From: an uncultured Acidobacteriota bacterium
GTDB taxonomy: Bacteria; Acidobacteriota; UBA6911; RPQK01; JAPXNP01
Assembly: GCA_963777605.1 (NCBI GenBank)
Contig: CAVZRV010000006.1
Location: 96,001-160,000, forward strand
DNA length: 64,000 nucleotides
Direction: 5' to 3'
In this document: piece after piece, positions 1 through 9,894 of the stretch
How the letters are laid out: every line of letters begins with the position of its first letter
Numbering within the stretch: the stretch's first letter is position 1
Made by a program: the position numbers and the translations under genes
Notes under the pieces: model-generated
What the model saw: only the letters and a program-made list of their open reading frames with translations
Database searches by the model: none
What the model was told of the DNA's origin: nothing

Positions 1-302
1 CGTTCGACCTGGCCGAGCAGATCCTGGTCGTCCAGCATGAGGAGGTGGGCTTCGATGATGTAGGAGTGATCCGTTTCCAATACCTGCTCGAGCTTCTGCT
101 TGTCGCGCAGGTACTGCTGGCGAGCCTGGCGGACCGCCTCCTCAAATCGGGCCCGTTCGGAATCAACCTCCGCCTCTGAGATGCGCAATCGGTAGAAGCT
201 TGGCTGGGTCGCCTCGACCCGGTAGGCGACACCACACCCGACTCCCGGAGCGAGACCCTTGCCATCGAGTTGTCCTGTATGGTTCTGCCTGTCTGCCGTC
301 AA
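1..302 (-). CDS. ptsI: PTS Enzyme I (PEP-protein phosphotransferase), 5' part; runs off the window edge
   Basis: Manual translation gives ...LDGKGLAPGVGVVVAYRVE...ERARFEEAVRQA...IIEAHLLMLDD, the EI N-terminal pattern. A putative TTG start at 302 overlaps the ptsH stop. Absent from the ORF track. Confidence 0.85.
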   Translation of the reverse strand, partial: MTADRQNHTGQLDGKGLAPGVGCGVAYRVEATQPSFYRLRISEAEVDSERARFEEAVRQARQQYLRDKQKLEQVLETDHSYIIEAHLLMLDDQDLLGQVE

Positions 303-574
303 CGTTCTTCACCAAATCTGCTCTGTATTAGGTCAATTATCTCCCGGGCCGCGGCTTCCTCGTCACCACCGTCGAACGTGATTCTCAGACGAGTCCCCCG
401 CTTGGCCGCCATGAGAAGGATTCCAAGGATACTCTTGGCATCAATGCGCTGGTCCTGCCCGTCCCTCGACAACTTTATGTCTGATTCAAACGTCGATGTC
501 AGGCGGACCAGCTTGGCCGCCGCGCGGGCATGAAGGCCCAGTTCGTTCTCAATTTCGACTACCCGCTGAATCAT
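299..574 (-). CDS. ptsH: Phosphocarrier protein HPr
   Basis: 91 aa with GLHARAA (His15) and DAKSILG (Ser46) motifs. Confidence 0.95.
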   Translation of the reverse strand: MIQRVVEIENELGLHARAAAKLVRLTSTFESDIKLSRDGQDQRIDAKSILGILLMAAKRGTRLRITFDGGDEEAAAREIIDLIQSRFGEER

Positions 575-984
575 TCGCCCAAGAGTTCGCTGGCGATGGT
601 GATGTGACGCTGACCCTGGTCCCTGACTTTCTTCGCAAGATCGTCAAGCGATTCCTCACCACTCTGGTTCGCCAGTTTGATCAGCATCGGAAGATTGACA
701 CCGGTTACGATTTCAATCTGATTCTTCTCCAGCAGGGGCATCGACAAGTTCGAGGGCGTGCCTCCGAACATATCGGTCAGGATGATCACTCCCCGTCCCT
801 GATTCACCTGTTGGACACCGTTCGAGATCCGGTGCTTCGATTCCTCCACGTCATCGTTCCATCCGAGCGAGAGAAATGCCATGTGGCTAACGTCGCCCAC
901 AATAGTACGGGTCGCCTCGAGAAGCTCTTCCCCAAGACGGCCATGGGTTACCAGCAAGGTGCCAATTAAATTCATTTCGCTCAT
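571..984 (-). CDS. PTS EIIA component, mannose/fructose family (stand-alone)
   Basis: LLVTHG, ILTDMFGGTPSN and VTGVNLPML motifs. ATG at 984 overlaps the rapZ stop (ATGA); the ORF-track start at 1092 looks over-extended. Confidence 0.9.
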   Translation of the reverse strand: MSEMNLIGTLLVTHGRLGEELLEATRTIVGDVSHMAFLSLGWNDDVEESKHRISNGVQQVNQGRGVIILTDMFGGTPSNLSMPLLEKNQIEIVTGVNLPMLIKLANQSGEESLDDLAKKVRDQGQRHITIASELLGE

Positions 985-1868
985 TCGAGATGAAGATCGC
1001 GGTGCACAAGGTTCACTTCGAAACCCTTGGAAGCCAGCCGGCCGGCAAGTTCTCCGGCGATCATCACGGACCGATGTCGACCGCCCGTGCACCCGATTCC
1101 CACCGTGCAGTAAGACTTCCCCTCCTGAGAGTACCGCGGGAGCAAATATTCTAGCATGTCCTGGATTTTCCCAAGGATCTCTCCAGTCTCCTCAAACCGG
1201 TTCAGATACTCGATTACCGGGCGATCGTTTCCGCTCTGTTCCCGCAGACCCGGTTCGAAGAACGGATTGGGCAAAAAGCGAACGTCGAAGACCAGATCCG
1301 AGTTATAGGGGATCCCACGCTTAAAGCCAAAACTGACGATGGAGAGGTTGAACGGGCTTCCGGCCCCGCTCCGAAACCGCTCACCGATCAACCTTCGCAA
1401 TTCGTGGACCGAAAGGTCCGCCGTGTCGACGACCATGTCCGCCATGGCCTTGATTTCTGCCAGCGACTCCCGCTCGGCCTGGAAACCATCCAGGAGCGAG
1501 GCGCTCCGTGCCAGGGGGTGAACCCGCCGGGTTTCACTGTATCGCTCGGCCAGGATCCGGTCCGGTGCATCGAAAAATACGATCTGGGACGAAAACGGGA
1601 GGGAACGGAGACGGCTAAAGAGCTTCTTGAAATCGGCCACCGATTCGCCCAGCCGGGCATCCACTACCACGGCCAGCTTCTCGATCTTGCCGCCTGATGC
1701 GATCGTCATCTCGATCAGCCGGGGAACCAGAGCGGTCGGGAGATTGTCCACGCAAAAGAAACCAAGGTCCTCAAATGCCTTGAACGCGGTGTGCTTCCCG
1801 GACCCGCTCATGCCGGTGATGATTACGACCTGTTTGGCATCTCTCGAGGGCTCAGTCGACACTGTCAT
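981..1868 (-). CDS. rapZ: RNase adapter RapZ (YhbJ/YvcJ P-loop protein)
   Basis: GMSGSGK Walker A, FCVDNLP, SFGFKRG, FDVRFLPNP and GCTGGRHRSV motifs. Confidence 0.95.
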   Translation of the reverse strand: MTVSTEPSRDAKQVVIITGMSGSGKHTAFKAFEDLGFFCVDNLPTALVPRLIEMTIASGGKIEKLAVVVDARLGESVADFKKLFSRLRSLPFSSQIVFFDAPDRILAERYSETRRVHPLARSASLLDGFQAERESLAEIKAMADMVVDTADLSVHELRRLIGERFRSGAGSPFNLSIVSFGFKRGIPYNSDLVFDVRFLPNPFFEPGLREQSGNDRPVIEYLNRFEETGEILGKIQDMLEYLLPRYSQEGKSYCTVGIGCTGGRHRSVMIAGELAGRLASKGFEVNLVHRDLHLE

Positions 1869-2818
1869 CTTCCATTCCCGTCAATCTGGCGTGGAGGGAA
1901 TCCAGAAATTCAGCAGACGGTCGATATCCCTGCTTCTTGAGCAACTGAATCCGAACAGCCACCTCGACGAGCGTGGCCACATTTCTTCCCGAAGCTACCG
2001 GCATCGTGATCAGCGGCACCGAGCAATCGAGGAGCCGGCACTCCTTCTCTTCGAACTGCAACCGATCCTCCTCCTGCCAGTCCCTCCAGTGGACCAGCTC
2101 GACTGCAAGTTCGACCTGCTTTTGCCCGGTAACCGACGAGATTCCGAAAAGCTCACGGATATTGATCACGCCGAGTCCTCGGACTTCCATGTGGTACTTC
2201 ATGTGATCGGGCCCGGATCCCATGAGACGCTCCGCCCCGAAGCGCCGCATAACGACCATGTCGTCGGTCACGAGTCGATGTCCCCGCATGACCAGTTCGA
2301 GTCCGCATTCGCTCTTTCCGATTCCCGATCGTCCGGTGATTAGAACGCCCAGCCCATAGACGTCGATCAGCACACCGTGAATCGAAGTCGAGGGCGAGAG
2401 TCGTTCCTCGAGGAATTCGGTGATCTCGTCTACCGTCCGCACCGTAGGCAGAGGCGTGATCAAGATCGGGACCTCGTATTCCTTGGCCAGAGTGAGAAGG
2501 ACGCCGGGAGGGTTCATGCCGCCCGTGATCACGATGCAGCACACGCCAAGGCCGAAAGTCCGGCGCAGTGCTTCGGACCGTTCTTCCTCGGTGAAATTGG
2601 ACAGCAATCCCATCTCGGAACGCCCGATGAACTGAACTCTTCCATGATCCAAGTAGTCGGTGTAGCCAGCGAGGGAGAGCCCCATCTTCTGGATGCGGGC
2701 AGAGGTTATGCGGGTTGTCGAGCCCGTTAGCCCCGGCGACCAGGCGAATCTCCAAAGACTTGGCCTTGGCCTGATAGAGCTGGCGAACAGTTCTGCTGGA
2801 AACAATCTCATCCGACAT
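1852..2818 (-). CDS. hprK: HPr(Ser) kinase/phosphorylase, with an apparent +1 frameshift near 2712-2714
   Basis: HGVLIDVYGLGVLITGRSGIGKSE, LVTDD and MEVRGLG motifs. The N-terminus MSDEIV...LVAGANGLDN is in another frame and joins RITSARIQKMGL if one base of the 3-base run is removed. Confidence 0.92.
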
Positions 2819-2880
2819 GGGGGCAAGACACATTCGGACTCTATCTCACCGCAAACTGGGACGCGGACACCACTCAGGGG

Positions 2881-4314
2881 TCACTGCAGGAGGGAAAGTT
2901 TCCGCTCCCGTGAGCCCGGCAAGTTCATCTGATCGCGATACTTGGCGACTGTCCGGCGGGTAATCTGGATTCCCTCCTGGCTCAACATCTTCGAAATGCG
3001 CTGGTCCGATAGAGGCTTCTGCGTGTTTTCCTCTTCAATTATCTGCTTGATACGCTCTTTAACTCGAACCGTGGAGACATTCTCCCCATCGGCACCTTCA
3101 ACACCAACCGTGAAAAACTTCCGGAGCTCGATCACGCCCTGAGGAGTGTGGGCATACTTGTTGGCCACGACGCGGGAGATGGTTGAGGGATGAACTCCCA
3201 ATTCCGCGGCGATGTCCTTGATCAGCATCGGCCTCAAGAACATGCGCCCCTTTTCAAGGAACTCGGACTGCAGGTCCACAATCGCCCGGCACACCCGGAA
3301 AATCGTCTGCTGCCGCTGGTCGATACTCCGAATCAACTCCAGGGCCGCCCGGAAGCGTTCCTTGACATAGCTCTTCGTGTCCTTGGGAACGTTGTCTCCC
3401 TTGAGCAACAGGCGTCGGTAGGCCCGGTTGAGGCGCAAGTGGGGCAGGCCGTCATCGTTCAGGACGAAGTGGTACTCGTCGTCCAGCTTATAGATGTAGA
3501 CGTCGGGGCGGATGTACATCGGCTCCTTGGCGCTGTACTTCTGGCCCGGTTTGGGCGACAGCTTGCGGATCACCTCAAGAGCCGTTCCGATGTCGCTCAA
3601 GTCACACCGCAAGCTCTTTGCAATCTCCTTGTACTTCTTCCGCTCAATCAACGGGAGATAGTTCAGAACCAGCTCCTCGGCCATGGTTCCATCCAGCCCC
3701 GCGGCATGCAGCTGAATCAGGAGGCATTCCCTGAGATCCCTCGCCCCCACACCGATCGGGTCAAGGGACTGGACCAGAGCGAGCGCCTCTTCAACCAGTG
3801 TCATTTCGACACCAAGGGATCTCTCCACTTCCTCCACTGTGCAGGTCAGGTAACCGTCTTCGTTGATGTTACCGATCATGTAGTCGATGATCGGCCTAAT
3901 CTCTTCGGGAACCTCGGACATCGTGATTTGCCACTCAAGGTGGTCGGTCAGTGACGTCGATGTGGAGAGAAACATCTCGAAGGTCGGCCGGTCGTCCGGG
4001 ATCTCGTATTCCCGGTTGCGGAACGGTGAGCTGAGATACTCTCCGAAGAAGTAGTCGTAGTCGAAGTCCTCCAGGCTGTCCTTGGGCTTTTCCGGCTCCG
4101 CCTCCTCGGTTGGAGTCTCCCGCGACGATTCAGGATCGGCGCCGTCCGGCACCTCTTCCAGGAACGGATTCTTGACCATCTCCTGGGTCATCAGGTCGCA
4201 GAGCTCGAGCTGGTTGAGCGTCAGCAGCTCAATCTTCTGCAACAGCGAAGGCGTCATCGCCAGCCGCTGCGAGATGGTCACATTCAGTGTCGGTCTAAGC
4301 TGATTCTTGCTCAC
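2881..4314 (-). CDS. rpoN: RNA polymerase sigma-54 factor
   Basis: Region I MTPSLLQKIELL, DPIGVGARDLRECL, HPSTISRVVANKY and RpoN box TRRTVAKYR. Confidence 0.97.
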   Translation of the reverse strand: MSKNQLRPTLNVTISQRLAMTPSLLQKIELLTLNQLELCDLMTQEMVKNPFLEEVPDGADPESSRETPTEEAEPEKPKDSLEDFDYDYFFGEYLSSPFRNREYEIPDDRPTFEMFLSTSTSLTDHLEWQITMSEVPEEIRPIIDYMIGNINEDGYLTCTVEEVERSLGVEMTLVEEALALVQSLDPIGVGARDLRECLLIQLHAAGLDGTMAEELVLNYLPLIERKKYKEIAKSLRCDLSDIGTALEVIRKLSPKPGQKYSAKEPMYIRPDVYIYKLDDEYHFVLNDDGLPHLRLNRAYRRLLLKGDNVPKDTKSYVKERFRAALELIRSIDQRQQTIFRVCRAIVDLQSEFLEKGRMFLRPMLIKDIAAELGVHPSTISRVVANKYAHTPQGVIELRKFFTVGVEGADGENVSTVRVKERIKQIIEEENTQKPLSDQRISKMLSQEGIQITRRTVAKYRDQMNLPGSRERKLSLLQ

Positions 4315-4364
4315 AGTTAAACAATCAGTATCTTAACAGCGTTCGATGACCGGAATACATGGCC

Positions 4365-5108
4365 TCAGTACAGCCTGAAATGTTCTCCGAGGTACACTCT
4401 TCGGACCTCCAGATCCGATGAAAGCCGGTCCGGAGTCCCCGACCGAAAGATCGAGCCCTCTTTAATTATATAGGCTCGATCCGTGATGCGGAGTGTCTCT
4501 CTCACATTGTGATCGGTGATCAGGACGCCGATTCGGCGTTCCTTGAGTCCTCCGATGATCCGTTGGATTTCGAGTACCGCCAGCGGGTCAATCCCCGCAA
4601 ATGGCTCATCCAGCAGAATAAACGATGGATGCGTCACCAGCGCCCGGGCGATCTCAAGCCTTCTTCGCTCGCCGCCGGAAAGAGTGTAAGCCAGGTTCCG
4701 ACGAAGTGGGGCAATTCCGAATTCTTCGAGCAGTTCACTCACCGTCTGATCGGCCTCGCCCGGGCTCATCCCCAGAACCTCGGCGATCGCGTACAGGTTG
4801 TCTTCCACCGACAGCTTTCTAAATGCCGACGGTTCCTGCGGGAGATAGCTGATTCCCTTGCGCGCCCTCAGGTACATCGGAAGCCAGGTAATCTCCTCTC
4901 CGTTGTGGATTACCTGGCCGGCGTCGGGCGCAGCGAGGCCGACCATCATGTAAAACGTCGTGGTCTTGCCCGCACCGTTCGGCCCCAGCAGTCCAACGAC
5001 CTCTCCGGAACACACTTCGACGTCCACGTTATCGACCACACGCCGCCCGCGATAGCTCTTGATCAATTTCCGGGCAGCCAAGGTTGGAACGAATTCTTCC
5101 AGTGTCAT
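4365..5108 (-). CDS. lptB: LPS export ABC transporter ATPase
   Basis: [32 protein letters not shown] and [10 protein letters not shown] motifs; directly upstream of rpoN. Confidence 0.96.
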   Translation of the reverse strand: MTLEEFVPTLAARKLIKSYRGRRVVDNVDVEVCSGEVVGLLGPNGAGKTTTFYMMVGLAAPDAGQVIHNGEEITWLPMYLRARKGISYLPQEPSAFRKLSVEDNLYAIAEVLGMSPGEADQTVSELLEEFGIAPLRRNLAYTLSGGERRRLEIARALVTHPSFILLDEPFAGIDPLAVLEIQRIIGGLKERRIGVLITDHNVRETLRITDRAYIIKEGSIFRSGTPDRLSSDLEVRRVYLGEHFRLY

Positions 5109-5213
5109 TAAAAATGCGCCTCAGAAACTCGTCAGCAGTCTAGCACCGGGGGCGGTTAAGGGTCAACCAGGATACAATGTAAGACTTTATTTTTCAGTGA
5201 TTTGTAACGCGAC

Positions 5214-7478
5214 TCACTTCGCCGCGATGACCCGATCCGTTGCCCGGTAGTAAACCGCCTTTTCGGTCTGCCAATGGCGCCCTTGCTCCCGAATGTCGAC
5301 ACCACCACCGGCCTCGATGCGGTCCATCCCCTTCGCCGGAGCCGTCGCGAAATAGGCATCCAGGCGCGGTGCCTTCAGTACCAACTCTTCTGCCTCGAGG
5401 ACGACTTCACCTTCATAGGTTGCGCGGTTTTCACCCGACATGACCCGCATTCGATTCGATCGAACCTCAAATTGCTTGGCTTCATTCTTTTGCCGATCCA
5501 CCCAGACACTATCGACTTTTCCACGGGCCTCGAGTGCGCCTTCGGTTCGATTCACGCGGATCTCTTCCGCCTTCACCAGGTTCTCATCCTGCACCATGCG
5601 CGGATTTCCAGTGTACTGGATCCATCCCGTCACGCTAGAGGACTCCATGTACTCAGCAGTGATCACACTGAGGCCACCGTCGCCTTCCAACGCGCTTTCG
5701 ACATTGCGCTCAGCCACGATCTCCCCTTTGGCCCGCGACAGGCGAAGTTCCCCGGCCCGGGTTCGAAACGTATTCCCGCCCGATTCCAGAGTCAGTTCGG
5801 GCCGATCTTTGCCGCGGATCGTCAGGTTGGCGCTGGTCAGGTCGTAGAGCCCGGTGTCACCCTTGACTGTGAGAGCTCCTGCCGAGTCGGCACGGTTCAG
5901 GCGGAACTCCCCGGCAAATTCGGCCTCGGCGAGGGTTCCACCCTTGAACCGGGTCACGAGCCTTTCCCCGGAGGCTTTGACTTCCTCCAGGGCGGACTTG
6001 AGCGTGAGCTCTGCTCCGCCTTCCGCAACCCCCTCGTCCGGCTTTCCATCAGAAAACCGAAGCCGAAAGGTCGGCGCCGTGACCGCTTCGCGCTGAACCT
6101 CGCTCTCGCTGACCAACCGGCATCCGCCCGTGGCCTGGATAAGCTGAGGAAGACCATCACGGTAGTTAATGGTTGCGTTCCCCCCGGCCGTCACTTCGCG
6201 GGTGCCCGCACCTCCTGAATGAATGAGACGAACGGGTCCCTCAGCCAGGCAACTCTCCGGAGAACCCGACTCCGCGAACTGGAGATCCAACCGCCGGCAC
6301 CAGAGTTCATCATTCTCTCCAGATCCTGACGGTTCCGCCCCGCCGTCCCGGCGCAGGTAGGCGTCCCCATCCAGTCTCAGTCGAGTGATGCCCGCTCCAG
6401 AACCCGAAAAGTCGGCCCGAAAACGTTCCGCTGTGCCAGTGGTAAGTTGGGCTGGTTCAGAACGAAACGAAGTCTGTCCACTCCCCGACAGCGAGGAGAG
6501 CGCAATCCCGGCTCCTGCCGGCGACGCCTCATCGAGATACGGTGCGTCTATGCGATCCGCCAGCAATTCGTTGACTCCGCCTTCCACTGATTCGCTGTAG
6601 CGCGCCGCCTCCACGCGCGGACGTTCGGGGCTCAGCCGGTCTCCGAATATCACGAGGCTTCCTGGCATTCCGGGTTCCGGAGGCACCACCATCTCGATCC
6701 TCTGGCCGGTGAAGCGCCGGTCCTCTCCGATGTGCAGCGACGCCGAGCCGAGCGCAGACAGCCGTTCGAGGCGGGACTGATCGACGACCTTCAAGTCGAT
6801 CTCGGCGGCGCTCAATTCATGTGCCGCCATCTCGACCCGAGAATTTCCCTTCAGCCGGATGATCCCGGCAGCCATTTCGTAAACACCACTCAATGCAGAC
6901 GAGCGCCCCTTCTGACCGGCGGTGTCGAACTCGAACTTGAGCCCTGAACTGATGATCAGCCGGCGAGGGTTGATCTCATACAGCAACCCCTCGCCTGACC
7001 CCTCGATGGTTCCCTGCACGAAGCGGAACTGATCCTGGATATTGACGATCTCCCGGTCCAGGTCGGCATCCGCTCGATCCGCGAAAATCCGTGTTCCCTG
7101 GGAGAGGTTGATGACTACGTCATCCCTGAACTCCAACTGCTTCTCATTGAGTCGGTAAAGTGCGGAACTGGCGTCGATCGTGTCGGTTTCCTGGCCGGCC
7201 TCGTCCAGCCGAACGAGGTGAACCTGCTCCAACAGATGCTCGTCGTTGCGGGTCGTGGTGCTCACCCCCGCCTTTACCAGGAAGAGGACCCGTCCCCCCT
7301 TCAACTGGGAGTACTCGAAGTCAGTGGATCGACGGGTGATCTCCGAGGTGAGGATTTCCGAGGGCCTGTTCCCGTCTACGCGGCGCTCACTCCGGTTCCA
7401 GATATTGACGGCAATGACGGCAACCCCGCCAAGGAGGAGGACGATCAACAGGAATCGAAAAGAGCGGGAGCGAAACAT
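5214..7478 (-). CDS. Large LptC/LptA(OstA)-like beta-jellyroll LPS transport protein
   Basis: N-terminal TM anchor, repeated beta-rich OstA-like segments (e.g. RATYEGEVVL...IEAGGGVDI...EKAVY); directly upstream of lptB. Confidence 0.75.
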   Translation of the reverse strand: MFRSRSFRFLLIVLLLGGVAVIAVNIWNRSERRVDGNRPSEILTSEITRRSTDFEYSQLKGGRVLFLVKAGVSTTTRNDEHLLEQVHLVRLDEAGQETDTIDASSALYRLNEKQLEFRDDVVINLSQGTRIFADRADADLDREIVNIQDQFRFVQGTIEGSGEGLLYEINPRRLIISSGLKFEFDTAGQKGRSSALSGVYEMAAGIIRLKGNSRVEMAAHELSAAEIDLKVVDQSRLERLSALGSASLHIGEDRRFTGQRIEMVVPPEPGMPGSLVIFGDRLSPERPRVEAARYSESVEGGVNELLADRIDAPYLDEASPAGAGIALSSLSGSGQTSFRSEPAQLTTGTAERFRADFSGSGAGITRLRLDGDAYLRRDGGAEPSGSGENDELWCRRLDLQFAESGSPESCLAEGPVRLIHSGGAGTREVTAGGNATINYRDGLPQLIQATGGCRLVSESEVQREAVTAPTFRLRFSDGKPDEGVAEGGAELTLKSALEEVKASGERLVTRFKGGTLAEAEFAGEFRLNRADSAGALTVKGDTGLYDLTSANLTIRGKDRPELTLESGGNTFRTRAGELRLSRAKGEIVAERNVESALEGDGGLSVITAEYMESSSVTGWIQYTGNPRMVQDENLVKAEEIRVNRTEGALEARGKVDSVWVDRQKNEAKQFEVRSNRMRVMSGENRATYEGEVVLEAEELVLKAPRLDAYFATAPAKGMDRIEAGGGVDIREQGRHWQTEKAVYYRATDRVIAAK

Positions 7479-7545
7479 GCGTTCTCCGGGAGGCCCATTC
7501 TACCCGATCGTCAACGCAGGAGTGCGAACAGCGGCATTCGGGAGT

Positions 7546-9250
7546 TCAACCGCGGAGATCCTTGACCGTCAGAACGATCCTCTCCTGCCCCCTGAACTCC
7601 TCCCGGGCGACCGTGTAAGCGAGGTCCACCCGCTGTCCGGTCTGAAGTTGGGAAGCCAGCTCCCCGTGCCGCCACCAGATTATGTCGATCGGCATGCCAT
7701 TTCCACCGGCACTCAGCTTCAAATGCCGGTCCCCGATCACCCAGGGCCCCCCTTCGATCTCCACTTGCTCCGAGGAAAAAATCGGGACCGGGTTTCCAAT
7801 CCCGAACGGGGCCAGGCTCTCCAGTTGCCGGCAAAGGTCCAGTGTGACCGACTCGACTGAAAGCACCGCGTCGACCGGAATTTCGGGCTGCAGTTCCTCC
7901 TCTCGAATATTGGCGGCCGCATATTCCTGCAACGCAGTGCGCACCTCGTCCAATCCCAGAATCGAGCAGTATTTGGGTTTCAGGGTGCAGCCTGCCGCCT
8001 GGGCATGTCCGCCGAAGCGAACGAAGTAGCGGGCATAGTGCTGGATCGAATCGAGGAGATGGAACCCGGGAATACTCCGACCAGACCCCTGTGCCCCGTC
8101 CTCCCCGAGAGAGAGGACGATTACCGGACGATGGAACCGGTGGACGAGCCGGGCGGCAACATTTCCCAACACGCCCCGGTGCCATCCTTCCCCGGCCACA
8201 AGCAGAAATGGCCGGTCCCAGGATCCCGGGTCCTCCTCGATTCGACGGTTGATCTCCTTCAGGATCCGGTCCTCTTCGGCTCGCCTTTGACGGTTTTTCT
8301 CGATTCATCTCTTCAACAATCGCCGCTGCTTCGGCGGGGGTTCTGGCGGAGAAGAGTTCAACGATCTCCTTGCCTCCTCCCATGCGGGTGAAGGCATTAA
8401 TCCTCGGTGCCAGCTTGAAGCCGACATCGACATGATCTACCCGCCGGCCGACACCGGCAGCCTGAAGCAGCGCCTGAAGCCCCAGGTTTGTGGTCTCCGG
8501 AAGGTCACTCAGTCCCAACTTGACGATCACCCGGTTTTCCCCGGTCAGGGGAACCATGTCGGCGATCGTCCCGATAGCGACCACTTTCAGGAAATGGGGC
8601 ACCAGATCGCCCCTCCCACGCTCGGTAAACATGGCCTGCACGATCTTGAGCCCCACTCCGACGGCTGCCAGTTCTTTGTCCGGGTAGTTGCAGTCGGACC
8701 GTTGCGGATTGAGCACAGCCAAGGCCTCAGGCAATGCTTCGGCGGGTAGGTGGTGATCAGTGACGATCAGGTCCAGACCAATTTCACGGGCATGACTGCA
8801 AGCCTCGAAATCGCGGATGCCGCAGTCCACCGTGATCACCAGGGAGTAACCGTCATGGCGGGCCTGGTCAAGGACGTCGCTCTTCATTCCGTAGCCGTCC
8901 TCAAGGCGATGAGGGATATGATAGCCGACGTCCCCGCCCAGCATCTCGAGGGCCCGTTTCAGAACCACGGTCGCGGTGATTCCATCGACATCGTAGTCGC
9001 CGTAGACCAGGATCTTTTCACCATTTTCGATGGCGGCACCCAGGCGGTCAACCACCGTCCTCATGTCCTTCATGAGAAAGGGATCGTGCAGATCGGAGAT
9101 GGACGGGTTGAGAAATCTCCGCGCTCGTTCCGGATCGGTGATGTCGCGGTTCACGAGGAGGGACGCAACCATCGACGAGACCCCCAGTTCGCGGCTGAGG
9201 ACACGAACCTGTTCCGGCTTGGGCTCGAGACACTTCCACAGGTACTGCAC
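7546..9250 (-). CDS. recJ: ssDNA exonuclease RecJ, with an apparent +1 frameshift at 8294-8298
   Basis: YGDYDVDG, ITVDCG, VTDHH and APRINA in ORF 7511..9250; DHHA1 motifs GSGRS and GGHAQAAG in ORF 7546..8199. The two join (MNRENRQRRAEE) if one A of a 5-A run is removed. Confidence 0.93.
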
Positions 9251-9305
9251 GAGGGCATCCTAGCAGCGCAGCCTGACGGCAACCCAGGGCGGTCGGTGCG
9301 CCAGA

Positions 9306-9464
9306 TCAGAAGAGCGTGTAGATGAATGGAGCCACTGCGGACGACTCCGTAAAGACGATCAGGAAGCCCAGCAAAACCAGGAAAACGACGATCGGAAGCA
9401 GCCAGAACTTCTTCCGGACCTTCAGGAACTGCCACAGCTCAAACAGGATTCCAATCTTGCCCAT
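9306..9464 (-). CDS. Small membrane protein, DUF5989/SxtK-like (52 aa)
   Basis: Manual translation MGKIGILFELWQFLKVRKKFWLLPIVVFLVLLGFLIVFTESSAVAPFIYTLF, with the RKKxWLxP...APFIYTLF signature. Below the ORF-track length cutoff. Confidence 0.85.
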   Translation of the reverse strand: MGKIGILFELWQFLKVRKKFWLLPIVVFLVLLGFLIVFTESSAVAPFIYTLF

Positions 9465-9554
9465 CTCAGGATTGCCTCGCCCACATTATGCCCGCACGGC
9501 AAAGTCTGCATCAAGGCCGCCCTTTCACCGTCCAACCGCTTGGGGTTAGAATTG

Positions 9555-9869
9555 ATGTCAATGTTCAGCCTTCGAAATCTCAAGGCCCGTCCGGGATCAA
9601 TCATTGAGGAAGACCCTCTGCGGACGATTGAGCTGGCAACCGCCTTTCGGCGTCTCCACTGCTACCGGTGTGACATGACTGCGATCTACAAGTACCGGGT
9701 ACAGCAGGTTCGGCGCAGTCCGGCTCCGGTCGACGGCGATGGCCTGGAACTCCCGGAAGACCAGGTCCGTGCATGGAGAGACATGCCACGATTTGCCGAA
9801 ATCCCCGAAACGGTGAAATGCAAGCGTTGTGGCGAGGTTCTGGGACTCCACACCGACTGCATCTACTGA
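9555..9869 (+). CDS. Small hypothetical protein with two CxxC pairs (zinc-ribbon-like)
   Basis: HCYRC...VKCKRCGEVL in 104 aa; fills the intergenic gap. Confidence 0.65.
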   Translation: MSMFSLRNLKARPGSIIEEDPLRTIELATAFRRLHCYRCDMTAIYKYRVQQVRRSPAPVDGDGLELPEDQVRAWRDMPRFAEIPETVKCKRCGEVLGLHTDCIY

Positions 9870-9894
9870 AGCCAGCCGCCGCCGCCGGGCCTTC

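Noticed and set aside
8290-8300. Programmed ribosomal frameshift in recJ, hprK or the peptidase
   Set aside because: No canonical slippery heptamer with a stimulatory structure was seen; similar indels recur across unrelated genes, favouring sequencing error.
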